Below, one piece after another: positions 1 through 8,621 of a DNA stretch of 34,371 nucleotides; the first letter of the stretch is position 1, and the number at the start of each line of letters is the position of its first letter. This DNA comes from Chthonomonadaceae bacterium (lineage in GTDB: Bacteria > Armatimonadota > Chthonomonadetes > Chthonomonadales > Chthonomonadaceae), in contig DASRGZ010000116.1 of the NCBI GenBank assembly GCA_035650735.1, positions 1-34,371 of the forward strand, in the 5' to 3' direction. The notes below the pieces were generated by a model. The model was not told the DNA's origin. It was given only the letters and a program-made list of their open reading frames with translations, and did no database searches. The translations under genes were made by a program, and so were the position numbers.

Positions 1-157
1 TGGGATGCACTTGGGTCCTCTTGAGGAGATAGGCCAGCCGCTCATTAGAGGCTTGGTGCTCGCTTTCTAGCGAGCACCAAGCGGTCATCAGCCTCCAAGT
101 CCTCTCTCGAAGCAGGCAAAAAAGGGCATAACACCCTCTAACACAACTTGGCTGTAG
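1..157 (-). mobile_element. Possible end/5' region of an insertion sequence running off the window edge
   Basis: Lower GC than the flanking genes. Perfect 14-bp hairpin gcttggtgctcgct-ttct-agcgagcaccaagc (51-82), of the kind found in IS leaders. Ends at ...aacacaacttggctgtag (157), directly before a REP-like repeat. No transposase sequence is visible, so the call is tentative. Confidence 0.25.
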
Positions 158-163
158 GGCTCT

Positions 164-202
164 CCCCTCACCCCGGCCCTCTCCCTGCAAGGCAGAGGGA
201 GA
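164..202. repeat. REP-like palindromic repeat (CCCTCACCCCGGCCCTCTCCC...GAGGGAGA family)
   Basis: cccctcaccccggccctctccctgcaaggcagagggaga; related copies at 6253-6490, 23891-24026 and 30949-30985. Confidence 0.65.
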
Positions 203-219
203 ACGAGCTTTGTTAGGTA

Positions 220-322
220 ACTCAAGTTGCTACCTTGCCTCTTCGAGAAGGCAAACGGTGATGCAAAAGCCGGTTTCCAGAGCGATTCTCTCTCAAACGT
301 GTTCCTAGGTAGCAACTTGGGT
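220..322. mobile_element. 103-bp non-autonomous MITE, IS982-type ends
   Basis: Terminal inverted repeats actcaagttgctacct (220-235) and aggtagcaacttgggt (307-322) match at 15/16. Flanked by the direct repeat taggta (214-219 and 323-328). The 5'-ACCC/ACYC terminus is typical of the IS982 family. Confidence 0.7.
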
Positions 323-350
323 TAGGTACTCTAAATAGGGAGCGTGTCGC

Positions 351-1073
351 ATGGAGGCTCTGGAAGCGGCAAGAATGGTTGTGGAGCGGCGCTTCCCGGA
401 GTGCTCGACGGCTTTCCTCGCGGGCAGCCTCGTTCGCGGAGAGGCAACCGCCACCTCGGATCTGGACATTGTCGTTATCACCAGGCGCGAGGAGGCCCCC
501 TTCCGCGAGTCCCTGATGGAGGCGGACTGGCCGGCGGAGGTCTTTGTCCATACGCCGGAGTCTCTGCGTCAATTTATGGCAACGAACGCTCAGCGGCGTA
601 TCCCCACGCTGATGATGATGTGTGCGGAGGGCATTATCCTGCGCGATCGGGAAGGGCTGGCCGAAGACATCAAGCGGGAGGCCAGGCGGTGGCTGGCACA
701 GGGGCCAGAACCCCTTACAGCGGCGCAGATGGATCATGCGCGCTACAGGGTGACCGATCTGCTGGACGATTTCCTGGGCTCGGAACGCTTCGAGGAGAGC
801 CTTTTTATTGCCAATGACCTCGCAGCCCACGCCGCCGACCTGATCCTGGCGCAACGCCGCCAGTGGAGCGGGCAGGGCAAGTGGCTGTTGCGTGCCCTGC
901 GCCGGTTTGATCCGCAGCGCGCCGATCAATTGACAGCCGCCTTGCAGCGTTTCTACCAGGCCGGCGACAAAACGGATCTGACGCGCTTTGCGGAAGCGGC
1001 GCTGGCTCCGGTCGGCGGCAGGCTCTTTGCGGGCTTCCGCGCCTCTGGAAAGCCCGGTGACGCGCAGCGATAA
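351..1073 (+). CDS. Nucleotidyltransferase domain protein (Pol-beta superfamily) with C-terminal helical domain
   Basis: GSLVRGEATATSDLDIVV (hGS...DxD motif); RBS-like gggag upstream. Confidence 0.85.
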   Translation: MEALEAARMVVERRFPECSTAFLAGSLVRGEATATSDLDIVVITRREEAPFRESLMEADWPAEVFVHTPESLRQFMATNAQRRIPTLMMMCAEGIILRDREGLAEDIKREARRWLAQGPEPLTAAQMDHARYRVTDLLDDFLGSERFEESLFIANDLAAHAADLILAQRRQWSGQGKWLLRALRRFDPQRADQLTAALQRFYQAGDKTDLTRFAEAALAPVGGRLFAGFRASGKPGDAQR

Positions 1074-1093
1074 CCCCTCGCACCAGAGTCCCG

Positions 1094-1927
1094 TTAGTGC
1101 CGTGTCACCAGATAAGCGGCCAGCGCTCGCAACTGCTGAGGCGGGAGGCTGGCAAAACTGGGCATACTAGAGCCGGGATGGACCTTGCTCGGATTCTTTA
1201 GATGCTCAATTTGCCAGGCGATGCTGGCATGACGTCGCGCCTCATGCGTGAGATCCGGGCCAGACGTGCCGCCCGTCCCGCCCATCTTATGGCACGACAG
1301 ACAACGGCCCTGAAAGAGTTTTGCTCCTACCTGAACGGCCTGAACGGTGCGTGTGGCCGATCTTCCAGCCCTACGGGCCTGTCTCTTCCGTTTTGTCTCT
1401 GCCTGAACGGCGCGTGTGTTCATCACAGCGGCTTTGCCCTGGCCCCTGGGCGCGGATAGTACGTTCGTCCTCCGGGCCGACTCGCGCTCGGTATCTTCCA
1501 CGCCAGCACTCTCCCCGCCCGGTGCAATGGTTTGCATTTTGCGCACGTCTTCCTTTGTCTTGCCGGGGATGCGCCCCTGGCCGGCTTCCCAGCCACCGTG
1601 GCACTCGCGGCAAGCGTAGCGGCCACTGCCGACCCCCAGGGCACAGGTACACCTGCCGAGGTTGAGCAGACACCAGGAGCAGGCGGGCGTGATGCAGCAC
1701 GCATAATAGCCATTCTCCGCCGCCTTTGCCTTGCCAGCCTCCACTTGCTGCTGCAATTGCCTGGCCTCCTCGTTCTGCGAGGCTGGGTGCTCCTCCTGAA
1801 CGCGGATCGCGCGCCCTCTGAAGTGACCTGGCTGGTCTGTCGCAGCCTGCGTGATACGTAAATGCCATCCCACCAGCCCCAAAGCCACCGCCATTGCCAG
1901 GATTGATGGAACTAATCGCCGATCCAT
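1094..1927 (-). CDS. Exported c-type cytochrome with an N-terminal 8-Cys domain
   Basis: Start moved to MDRRLVPS (AGGAGG upstream). Hydrophobic signal/anchor. CCITPACSWC...CTC...CRECH domain. C-terminal class I cytochrome c: GAKLF..CLSCH..GPDL..MPSF. Confidence 0.8.
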   Translation of the reverse strand: MDRRLVPSILAMAVALGLVGWHLRITQAATDQPGHFRGRAIRVQEEHPASQNEEARQLQQQVEAGKAKAAENGYYACCITPACSWCLLNLGRCTCALGVGSGRYACRECHGGWEAGQGRIPGKTKEDVRKMQTIAPGGESAGVEDTERESARRTNVLSAPRGQGKAAVMNTRAVQAETKRKRQARRAGRSATRTVQAVQVGAKLFQGRCLSCHKMGGTGGTSGPDLTHEARRHASIAWQIEHLKNPSKVHPGSSMPSFASLPPQQLRALAAYLVTRH

Positions 1928-2160
1928 TTCTGGCCTCCTGTCCGCCTGAAAGCAGAAGAGTCTGAACTCGTATTCCCCAGAGATCGAGGACGTGAGTCGC
2001 GTCCTGTTCCTCCTTAATAGGGAGTACAGGGCACCTTTCCGCGTGTCACGCAATCGGTCAAAACAATCAGGCAAACAGGTTCACGCAGGCTTTCTCAAAT
2101 TCAGGAGAAGGGAGACGGGGAGGATGAGGCAGCCAGTGGAATGGTCCCGGAGGATAGTTT

Positions 2161-4437
2161 TCAATCACCGCGTTTCCAGAAAACTGAGCGGAGGTAGCGG
2201 CCAAACGTCAGGTTATGATATGTCTCCAATTCGCGATCAATTTCGGTGAGCTGCCAGTGCTGGCCGGGCAGGGCTTTGCGGGTCTGCTCGGCCTTCTCCT
2301 CCAATCGGCGGCGCGCATCCGAAGTCTCGGCATTGAGTTGTGCCAGCGCTTGCGTCGCCCGATCCTTCTCCTGGACGTAGCGCGCCTCGATCTCCTTGTC
2401 TTTCCGAGCAGCGCGGGACTGCGCGGCATCCTGCTCCGCATTCAGCGCCTGCTGCTGCTTCTGGACGCGCGCCTGGATCGCGTCCTCGGCGGCGGACAGG
2501 CGGGCCTGCTCTGCGTCTCTGCGACGTTCCAGGCGGCGTTTTCTCCAGCCATAGCGCGCCTCTATCCGGCTCATTTCCGCCGGGCGCAACGCCGTGGGCA
2601 TCGCACTGCGCGCCTTTGTCTCCTGGGTGAGCCGCCAGGCGCGCAGCGCATTGGCCCGCCGCTCGCCAATGCCCCGGGCCCGCTGCAGGCGCTCCTCGGT
2701 AATATCGGCTGCCGAGCCGAGGCCGTTTGCCAGCAGGCGCAGCTTGAAGCCCCTGCCGATGCCGGAAATCGAGGACTTCCAGATCCGCTGCCGCCGCAGA
2801 TGATCCGCAACAAACGCCTCCTGCCGGGACGCCAGCCTACGGCCTATCTCCTCCACCCTGGCCCGTTCCAGCGCCTCCAGGCGCGCATTCAGCGCCTCTA
2901 TTTTCGGTTCAAAGCGCGCCCGCACCGCCTCCAGCGCCTCCGCTTCCTGCCTTTGCAGCTGCTTGCGGCGGGCCTGTAGCGAGTCGCGCGCCTGCTTGAG
3001 AGTCGCGAGGACGCGGGCCAGCTCGCGCTTCTCCTTCTCTTCCAGATCCAGCTTCAGGCCGAGCAGCGCATCACGCCGGTCGCTGGATTCGACGCGCAGC
3101 CTCTCCTGCTGCCGCTCGATCTCCTGGAGGGCGCGATCTATGGCTGCTATGGCGCGGCACACCGCCCGCCGTCGCGCCAGAAGCGTCCGCCGTCCGGCAA
3201 TCGCCGGCTCCAGCTCATAGAAAAGATAGAGCGCCACCGTATTGAGAAGGAGGGCCAGGCCCAGGCTGCCCACAAGGGGAAACGCGTGGGGAAAGCAGAA
3301 CGCTATCAGCACGCAGGCCGCCAGCGAGAGCGCGGCCAGTAGCCGGGGGACGTTTGGGGAAAGGCGAAACGCTTTGCGGATATCGGGCTGGGAGATGAAA
3401 TCTGCAACCCAGGCCGGATTGGCGGCGGGCCCGGCGGCAGGCACGACGGATTGGGAGGATGCCGCCGGCAGGGAGCCTCCGGTCTGCGTTTGGTGGGCAG
3501 CGCCCTGCAGCCAGGCGAGCGCCGGAAAGCTCCTGCGCGCGGGTGGCCTCTGCGGGGTGGGCGGTCCCTCCAGCGGAGGAATATCTTCCGGGGGGATGCA
3601 GAGCAGAGATTGAAACTGCGCGGCCAGCGCCTGCAAGCGCGGGTCGCCTTGCCTGGTGAGCAGAGAGAAAATGGCAGATGCCTGGGGCCGCTCGAAATCC
3701 TCCTTGCGAAACAGCAGGTGCTCGTCTCCAGCGCCGACCTGCGCCCAGAGGCCCGGCTCGACGCTCAGGGCAACCAGCGAGAGGTAGATGACCCAGGCAG
3801 AGAAGTGATCCAGATAGGGGCCAAAGTCCGTTTCGTCGCGCTGCGGATGCTGGTAGTTGCGGTGGCCAACCTCATGACTAGCCTGTCCGGCGAGCGCGGG
3901 CACAAACATGCCATCGTAGTCTATGAGCTTGAGGCTGCCGTTGGCGACCAGAACGTTGCCGTGCTGCAAGTCCCCGTGCGCGATGCGCGCCTGCTGGAGC
4001 GCCTGCATCATGGCGGCCCAGCGATGCGCCAGATGGCTGAGCGCCGAGGGGTCGTTCAGATGCGTTTCGATGTAGGTGTTGAGCGGCTCGCCCTGCACCC
4101 ACTCCATCTTGAGGATGGGATACCACTGGCCGCGAATCCGAATGCCTCTGGGCAGAAACTCAAACCCGACGGTGTAGGGAAGCTTGACGGCGGCTAAGTG
4201 CTGGCTGATGGCGGCGTAGCGTTTCTGCTGGTCGGCGTACTCGCGCAGGAAGCAGCGCACGGCCCAATCCCGCTGCCCGCACCGCATCCGATAGACGCTG
4301 GCAAAGCCGCCGGTGATGGGACGCGGCAGGCCCAGAGGCGTCAGTTCGGGCGTCCCGGCCTTAAGTTCCGGGTCGTCGAAGTTCGACTGCGGGTTCTGGA
4401 TCGCCTCGTTGTAGTCTTGCGGGGTGGGCCAGGGCAT
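2161..4437 (-). CDS. TerY-associated (YegI-like) Ser/Thr kinase with TM helices, coiled coil and HhH domain
   Basis: GGFASVY, WAVRCF, HGDLQHGNVLV, LIDYDGM. Two hydrophobic segments. Long coiled coil. ISGIG...GLGSAADI...RGIG helix-hairpin-helix pair. Start set at MPWPTPQDY, 7 bp after the PP2C stop. Confidence 0.85.
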   Translation of the reverse strand: MPWPTPQDYNEAIQNPQSNFDDPELKAGTPELTPLGLPRPITGGFASVYRMRCGQRDWAVRCFLREYADQQKRYAAISQHLAAVKLPYTVGFEFLPRGIRIRGQWYPILKMEWVQGEPLNTYIETHLNDPSALSHLAHRWAAMMQALQQARIAHGDLQHGNVLVANGSLKLIDYDGMFVPALAGQASHEVGHRNYQHPQRDETDFGPYLDHFSAWVIYLSLVALSVEPGLWAQVGAGDEHLLFRKEDFERPQASAIFSLLTRQGDPRLQALAAQFQSLLCIPPEDIPPLEGPPTPQRPPARRSFPALAWLQGAAHQTQTGGSLPAASSQSVVPAAGPAANPAWVADFISQPDIRKAFRLSPNVPRLLAALSLAACVLIAFCFPHAFPLVGSLGLALLLNTVALYLFYELEPAIAGRRTLLARRRAVCRAIAAIDRALQEIERQQERLRVESSDRRDALLGLKLDLEEKEKRELARVLATLKQARDSLQARRKQLQRQEAEALEAVRARFEPKIEALNARLEALERARVEEIGRRLASRQEAFVADHLRRQRIWKSSISGIGRGFKLRLLANGLGSAADITEERLQRARGIGERRANALRAWRLTQETKARSAMPTALRPAEMSRIEARYGWRKRRLERRRDAEQARLSAAEDAIQARVQKQQQALNAEQDAAQSRAARKDKEIEARYVQEKDRATQALAQLNAETSDARRRLEEKAEQTRKALPGQHWQLTEIDRELETYHNLTFGRYLRSVFWKRGD

Positions 4438-4444
4438 CGTTGTC

Positions 4445-5233
4445 TCATAAGGCAATTTCCACGCGCATCAGGGTCACGTCGTCGTTGCGCAGGGCGGGCT
4501 TGCCTTCCGCGTCGCGCTGGCTGCGCTGCTCCTGTACAAAATCCGCGAACGCCTCCTGCGTCCGTATCTCCGCCAGGGCATCGAACGTCATGTCGGCGCA
4601 ATCCTCGCAGGCCGCCTCTTGGTAGCGCAGGAACCAGCAGGCCAGCGCATCGGTCATCAGGTAGAACGTGTCTCCGGGCGCGCATTCGCCTCTGGCATGG
4701 ATTACGTGCCCATGCAGGCGCTTATCGCCCAGCACATTCGTTCCCAGCAGGTAGGGACGGCTATTGAACTCCTCGGAGCGCTCCAGTGGGAAGGCGGTCA
4801 GCAGCCGGTGGGCGCGCAGATGGAACAGGCAGCTATCGCCCACAGCCACTACGTTCCAGGAGGCAAACTGGTTTTGCTCCGGTGTGGCCCGCTCGATAGT
4901 CAGGCCCAGCAGCGAGGAGAAGGCGCCGGAACGCACCTTCTCCTCGGCGTACCAGGGCAAGGGCTGCGCGGTGGCGTGCTCCAGCCACTCGCGCCGCAAT
5001 CGTGGAAGCGTCTTGAAGAACCGGGGCAGGCTGGAGTGCCGACAATACTCCCGCACGAGTTGGTTGGCCCAGAGGGCAGAGAAAGAGGTCTCCGTCGCGC
5101 CGTCGGCGACCGCGCAGCGGAATCGTGCCCTCTCCGCGCCCTCTAGCGGCTCGTGGGGCCAGTAGGCGTCTTCATATTCCTCCAGGCGATTGCCGGCCTT
5201 AGGCAGCCAGAAGCTCTGTACCGAAATACGCAT
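4445..5233 (-). CDS. PP2C-family protein phosphatase (TerY-P/YegK-like)
   Basis: EDA, AVADGA, GDS, MTDAL and NDDVT motifs. Confidence 0.85.
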   Translation of the reverse strand: MRISVQSFWLPKAGNRLEEYEDAYWPHEPLEGAERARFRCAVADGATETSFSALWANQLVREYCRHSSLPRFFKTLPRLRREWLEHATAQPLPWYAEEKVRSGAFSSLLGLTIERATPEQNQFASWNVVAVGDSCLFHLRAHRLLTAFPLERSEEFNSRPYLLGTNVLGDKRLHGHVIHARGECAPGDTFYLMTDALACWFLRYQEAACEDCADMTFDALAEIRTQEAFADFVQEQRSQRDAEGKPALRNDDVTLMRVEIAL

Positions 5234-5248
5234 GAAGTCTCCCCGGCC

Positions 5249-6121
5249 TTACCGCAGATTGCTGGGGCGCGTGCCGATGTCGAGGAAGCGGATCACCGAG
5301 ACCATGTCCGCATTGAAGACAAAGCCCCGCGTGTTCTCCGAGACCGCAAACCCCTCCTGCTGGGCGATGCCCCGCATATACTCCGGCAGCGGGCTCGACA
5401 TGCGGAAGAGCAACTGGGCATACTTGTCCGGCAGGCCCGCCTCGCTGTCGGGAAACTCGATGGGCGCGGCCCGCTGCGAGGAGAGGTGCAGGTTGAACAG
5501 CAGCACGCCGCCGTCGTCGCTGGTCAGGCTCTTGATCTTGTCCGCCGCCGAAGACGGGTCGCCATCGGTGGACTCGCCATCGGTGATGTTGATGACAATC
5601 GGCGGGAAGCAGCCGGAGTGCTGGGTCAGCCAGTCGGTCAGGATAGCCTGGGCGCGATTGAGGGCTTCGCACATGGGCGTGCCGCCGTTGGCGATGGCGT
5701 CAAACCAGATAGGGAACTTGACCTTCTGTTCGACCAGGCCGCCCGCGCCGTCGTCCACTTTCTTGCTGCGCTCCTCCACGCGGGCGGGGCTGTTGGCGAT
5801 CTCGCTGATGGGGACAAGCTCCTTGCCGGCCAGCGCACCGCCGAAAGCGGGCTTGACCGCGCCGCCGTAGCCCAGGACGCCGACATGGTAGTAATCTCGG
5901 ACGCCCTCGGACTTGGCGCACTTGATGACCAGGTTTTGCAGCAGCCGATTGATGGCGTCGGCGACGCCCTCGGCTTTGGTGCGCGTCGGCCCGGAGGCGG
6001 ACGGCCCCTCCGAGGCCGCCCCCGCGCTGGATGGGATCGGGTCTTCCATGGAGCCGGATTGGTCAATCAGGAAAAGGAAGCAGGACGGATTCGCCCGGCT
6101 GATTTCAGCGGTGTAGGGCAT
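5249..6121 (-). CDS. von Willebrand factor A domain protein (TerY/YegL-like)
   Basis: MIDAS DQSGSM, GGTPM and ITDGE motifs; AAGGAGAG RBS; first gene of a tight three-gene operon. Confidence 0.88.
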   Translation of the reverse strand: MPYTAEISRANPSCFLFLIDQSGSMEDPIPSSAGAASEGPSASGPTRTKAEGVADAINRLLQNLVIKCAKSEGVRDYYHVGVLGYGGAVKPAFGGALAGKELVPISEIANSPARVEERSKKVDDGAGGLVEQKVKFPIWFDAIANGGTPMCEALNRAQAILTDWLTQHSGCFPPIVINITDGESTDGDPSSAADKIKSLTSDDGGVLLFNLHLSSQRAAPIEFPDSEAGLPDKYAQLLFRMSSPLPEYMRGIAQQEGFAVSENTRGFVFNADMVSVIRFLDIGTRPSNLR

Positions 6122-6252
6122 TAGCGCTCTCCTTTGCTAGGCTAAATACGACTTCCGAACCTTCCAGACCAAAATTCGCTAATCGGCGCCCCGAATCCTT
6201 TAAGATTCCCAAATCAGGACTTAACTTTTCTGACTCAGTCTCCCTGCCCTAC

Positions 6253-6490
6253 GGCCCTTCTTGACCTAACCCCCCGGCCCCCTTCCCTAGGAGGGAAGGG
6301 AGGGACCCGGCTTGGGAGGGTTCAGGCTCCCACCCCCGTCCCTTCTCCCTGCAAGGGAGAAGGGGGAAGAGAAGCCGGGCCTCCCTCTTCCCCGCTGCCC
6401 TGCCTCAATTCCAGGGAGAAAAGAGTCCACGCCTGGTTGGCCGTTCCCCCTCTCCCGCAGCGTAGGAGAGGGGGCTAGGGGGTGAGGGCG
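6253..6490. repeat. Cluster of GC-rich REP-like hairpins between divergent genes
   Basis: cctaacccccc-ggcccccttccctaggagggaaggg; cccttctccctgcaagggagaaggg; cccctctcccgcagcgtaggagagggggctagggggtgaggg. Outer parts are inverted relative to each other. Confidence 0.7.
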
Positions 6491-6542
6491 ATAAGACCGG
6501 TGATTTATGCGGGAACGGGAATGGGCGGAAGGAACGTCATTC

Positions 6543-6551
6543 TGGTATACT
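6543..6551 (+). promoter_or_regulatory. Putative extended -10 promoter for the helicase
   Basis: TGgTATACT about 33 bp before the ATG; no good -35. Confidence 0.4.
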
Positions 6552-6583
6552 AGGGAGCGGCAAATAAAGGAGAAGTACCAGGC

Positions 6584-8413
6584 ATGGATACAATAGAAAT
6601 GAAGGAGCAGACGCTGGAAAATCCGGAGGAGATCGAGCAGGCCCCCGGATTTGTCGGGCTGGGCCTCAGCGAGCCAGTGATGCGCGCCATCATCGAGGCC
6701 GGATTTGAGGCGCCGACCCCCATCCAGGAGCGGGCCATTCCCATCCTACTGTCCGGGCAAGACCTCATCGGCCAGGCGCAAACCGGCACCGGCAAGACTG
6801 CCGCCTTTGCCCTGCCGATGGCCGAACGGCTCGATCCGACCCAGCATTTTCCACAGGCCATCGTTTTACTGCCCACGCGGGAGCTTTGCATTCAGGTTGC
6901 CCAAGAGATTCACAGCCTAAGCAAGTACCAGAATCTGCGCGTGGTGCCTATCTATGGCGGGCAGCCCATTGACCGGCAGTTTCGCGCCTTGCGCCAGGGG
7001 CCCCAGATCATCGTCGGCACGCCGGGCCGCGTGCTCGACCATCTGCGGCGCGGCACCCTGGATTTGAGCCAGGTGCATATGGTCGTGCTGGATGAGGCCG
7101 ACGAGATGCTCAACATGGGCTTCCTGGAGGACGTGGAGGAGATTTTAAAGGCTGCGCCCGCCGAACGGCACACCGCCCTCTTCTCGGCTACCATGCCCCC
7201 GCGCATTGCCGCCCTGGCCCGCGACTATCTCAAGAACCCACAGCGGGTCGCCATCGAAGCCAAAAAGCGCACCGTCGCCCAGATCAAGCAGACCTATTAT
7301 GAGGTCATGCCCTCGCAGAAGCTGGAGGCCCTGACGCGCATTCTGGACATGGAGACGCCCGGCAGCACCATTATCTTCTGCCACACGCGCCGAGAGGTAG
7401 ACCAGTTGGGTGAGGCTTTGCAGGCGCGCGGCTACGAGGCCGAGACGCTGCACGGCGAGATGAACCAGGCCACCCGCGACCGGGTGATGGGCCGATTCCG
7501 CTCCGGCCAGGCCGACCTGCTCATCGCCACCGACGTCGCGGCGCGCGGCCTGGATATTGAGCAGGTCACCCATGTCATTAACTATGACATCCCGTGGGAC
7601 GTAGAGAGTTATATCCACCGCATCGGGCGCACCGGGCGGGCCGGGCGCAGTGGGGAGGCCATCACGCTCATCACGCCGCGCGAGCGTTACCAGATGCGCA
7701 TGATCGAGAAGTTCATCAACGCCTCGATCCGACCCATGCGCGTTCCCACTGCCGCCGACATTGCTATGCGCCGCCGCGAGATGTTCAAGGAAAATCTGCG
7801 CGCCGCGCTGGAGAGCGGCAACTACGACGGCCACCTGATGACCGTGGAGGAGATGGCCGCTGAAGGGGAGTACGACGCCTCTCAGATCGCCGCCGCCGCT
7901 CTGCAGTTGCTCTGGCAGGCGCAAAAGGGCGCTGCGGACTACGACGTGGCGGAGGCCGAGGCGGATGGCGAGCGCGCCGAGCCAGGCATGACTCGCCTGT
8001 TCCTGCAGATCGGGCGGCAGGATGGCGTCCGGCCCGGCGACATCGTGGGCGCGATTGCCAACGAAGCGGGAATACCGGGCAGCGTCATCGGCGCCATAGA
8101 CATCATGGATCGCAGCGCCTTTGTCGAAGTGCCGGAGGCCGAGGCGCCGCGCGTCATTGAGGCGCTTTCGCGCACGAAACTGCGCGGCAAACGCATCTAC
8201 GTGGATGTGGCCCGCCCGCGCTCCGAGGAGGGGAACGGTCATAACGTTCCGACCGGACGCGGTGCCTTTGCGCCCAGGGGACGTCCTGAAGCCGGGCGGG
8301 GCGGACGCGGCGGTTACGGTCGCGAGGAGCAGCGATACGGGCGCGGCCCGCGCTTTGCCGCCGGCAAGGCAGAGGCAGGAACCCGCGCAAGACGTCCCCG
8401 GCGAGGCGGATAG
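6584..8413 (+). CDS. deaD: DEAD-box ATP-dependent RNA helicase (DeaD/CsdA type) with DbpA RNA-binding domain and RGG tail
   Basis: Q motif (GFEAPTPIQ), AQTGTGKT, PTREL, DEAD, SAT, HRIGRTGRAG; C-terminal GRQDGVRPGDIVGAIANE; AAGGAG RBS. Confidence 0.93.
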   Translation: MDTIEMKEQTLENPEEIEQAPGFVGLGLSEPVMRAIIEAGFEAPTPIQERAIPILLSGQDLIGQAQTGTGKTAAFALPMAERLDPTQHFPQAIVLLPTRELCIQVAQEIHSLSKYQNLRVVPIYGGQPIDRQFRALRQGPQIIVGTPGRVLDHLRRGTLDLSQVHMVVLDEADEMLNMGFLEDVEEILKAAPAERHTALFSATMPPRIAALARDYLKNPQRVAIEAKKRTVAQIKQTYYEVMPSQKLEALTRILDMETPGSTIIFCHTRREVDQLGEALQARGYEAETLHGEMNQATRDRVMGRFRSGQADLLIATDVAARGLDIEQVTHVINYDIPWDVESYIHRIGRTGRAGRSGEAITLITPRERYQMRMIEKFINASIRPMRVPTAADIAMRRREMFKENLRAALESGNYDGHLMTVEEMAAEGEYDASQIAAAALQLLWQAQKGAADYDVAEAEADGERAEPGMTRLFLQIGRQDGVRPGDIVGAIANEAGIPGSVIGAIDIMDRSAFVEVPEAEAPRVIEALSRTKLRGKRIYVDVARPRSEEGNGHNVPTGRGAFAPRGRPEAGRGGRGGYGREEQRYGRGPRFAAGKAEAGTRARRPRRGG

Positions 8414-8430
8414 AACACCGTAAGAGTTCC

Positions 8431-8560
8431 GGGCACTGAAAGTACCCGTCTCTAGGGCGGCTACGCCGCCAAGCGTCCTTCGGATGCCCATTGCCCTCAA
8501 GCTTTGCCGTCCGGTAGGACGGTTGGCCGCAGGCCCTACAGACGGGTACTTTCAGTGCCC
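8431..8560. repeat. 130-bp REPIN/MITE-like inverted-repeat element (may also act as terminator)
   Basis: 28-bp arms 8431-8458 and 8533-8560 are reverse complements at 27/28; internal hairpins cgtccttcggatg and ccgtccggtaggacgg. Confidence 0.75.
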
Positions 8561-8621
8561 ATCTATCAAGAGCGCGCCCGCGTAACGGACGTTACCCTGG
8601 CGCCAGGAGGCGAGGAAAAGG

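Noticed and set aside
88..315. 75-aa ORF
   Set aside because: Spans a MITE and a REP-like repeat; translation of repeats
351..1073. Nucleotidyltransferase as MNT-HEPN toxin-antitoxin or CBASS cyclase
   Set aside because: No adjacent HEPN or effector gene; length and motifs fit a stand-alone KNTase-like protein
1995..2095. Hairpin and ggcaaac/acgca words reminiscent of a c-di-GMP-I riboswitch upstream of the cytochrome gene
   Set aside because: Wrong strand for the gene, and the P2/P3 tetraloop-receptor elements are missing
7145..8500. 451-aa antisense ORF over the helicase; likewise 14315-15907, 15920-17662, 21964-23619, 28432-29499 and 10640-11518
   Set aside because: Shadow ORFs expected opposite high-GC coding genes; no motifs or RBS, and each overlaps a well-supported gene
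8563..8620. tatcaagag resembling the start of a SAM-I riboswitch
   Set aside because: The following GAGGGA..GGCCC kink-turn/pseudoknot and P3/P4 elements are absent
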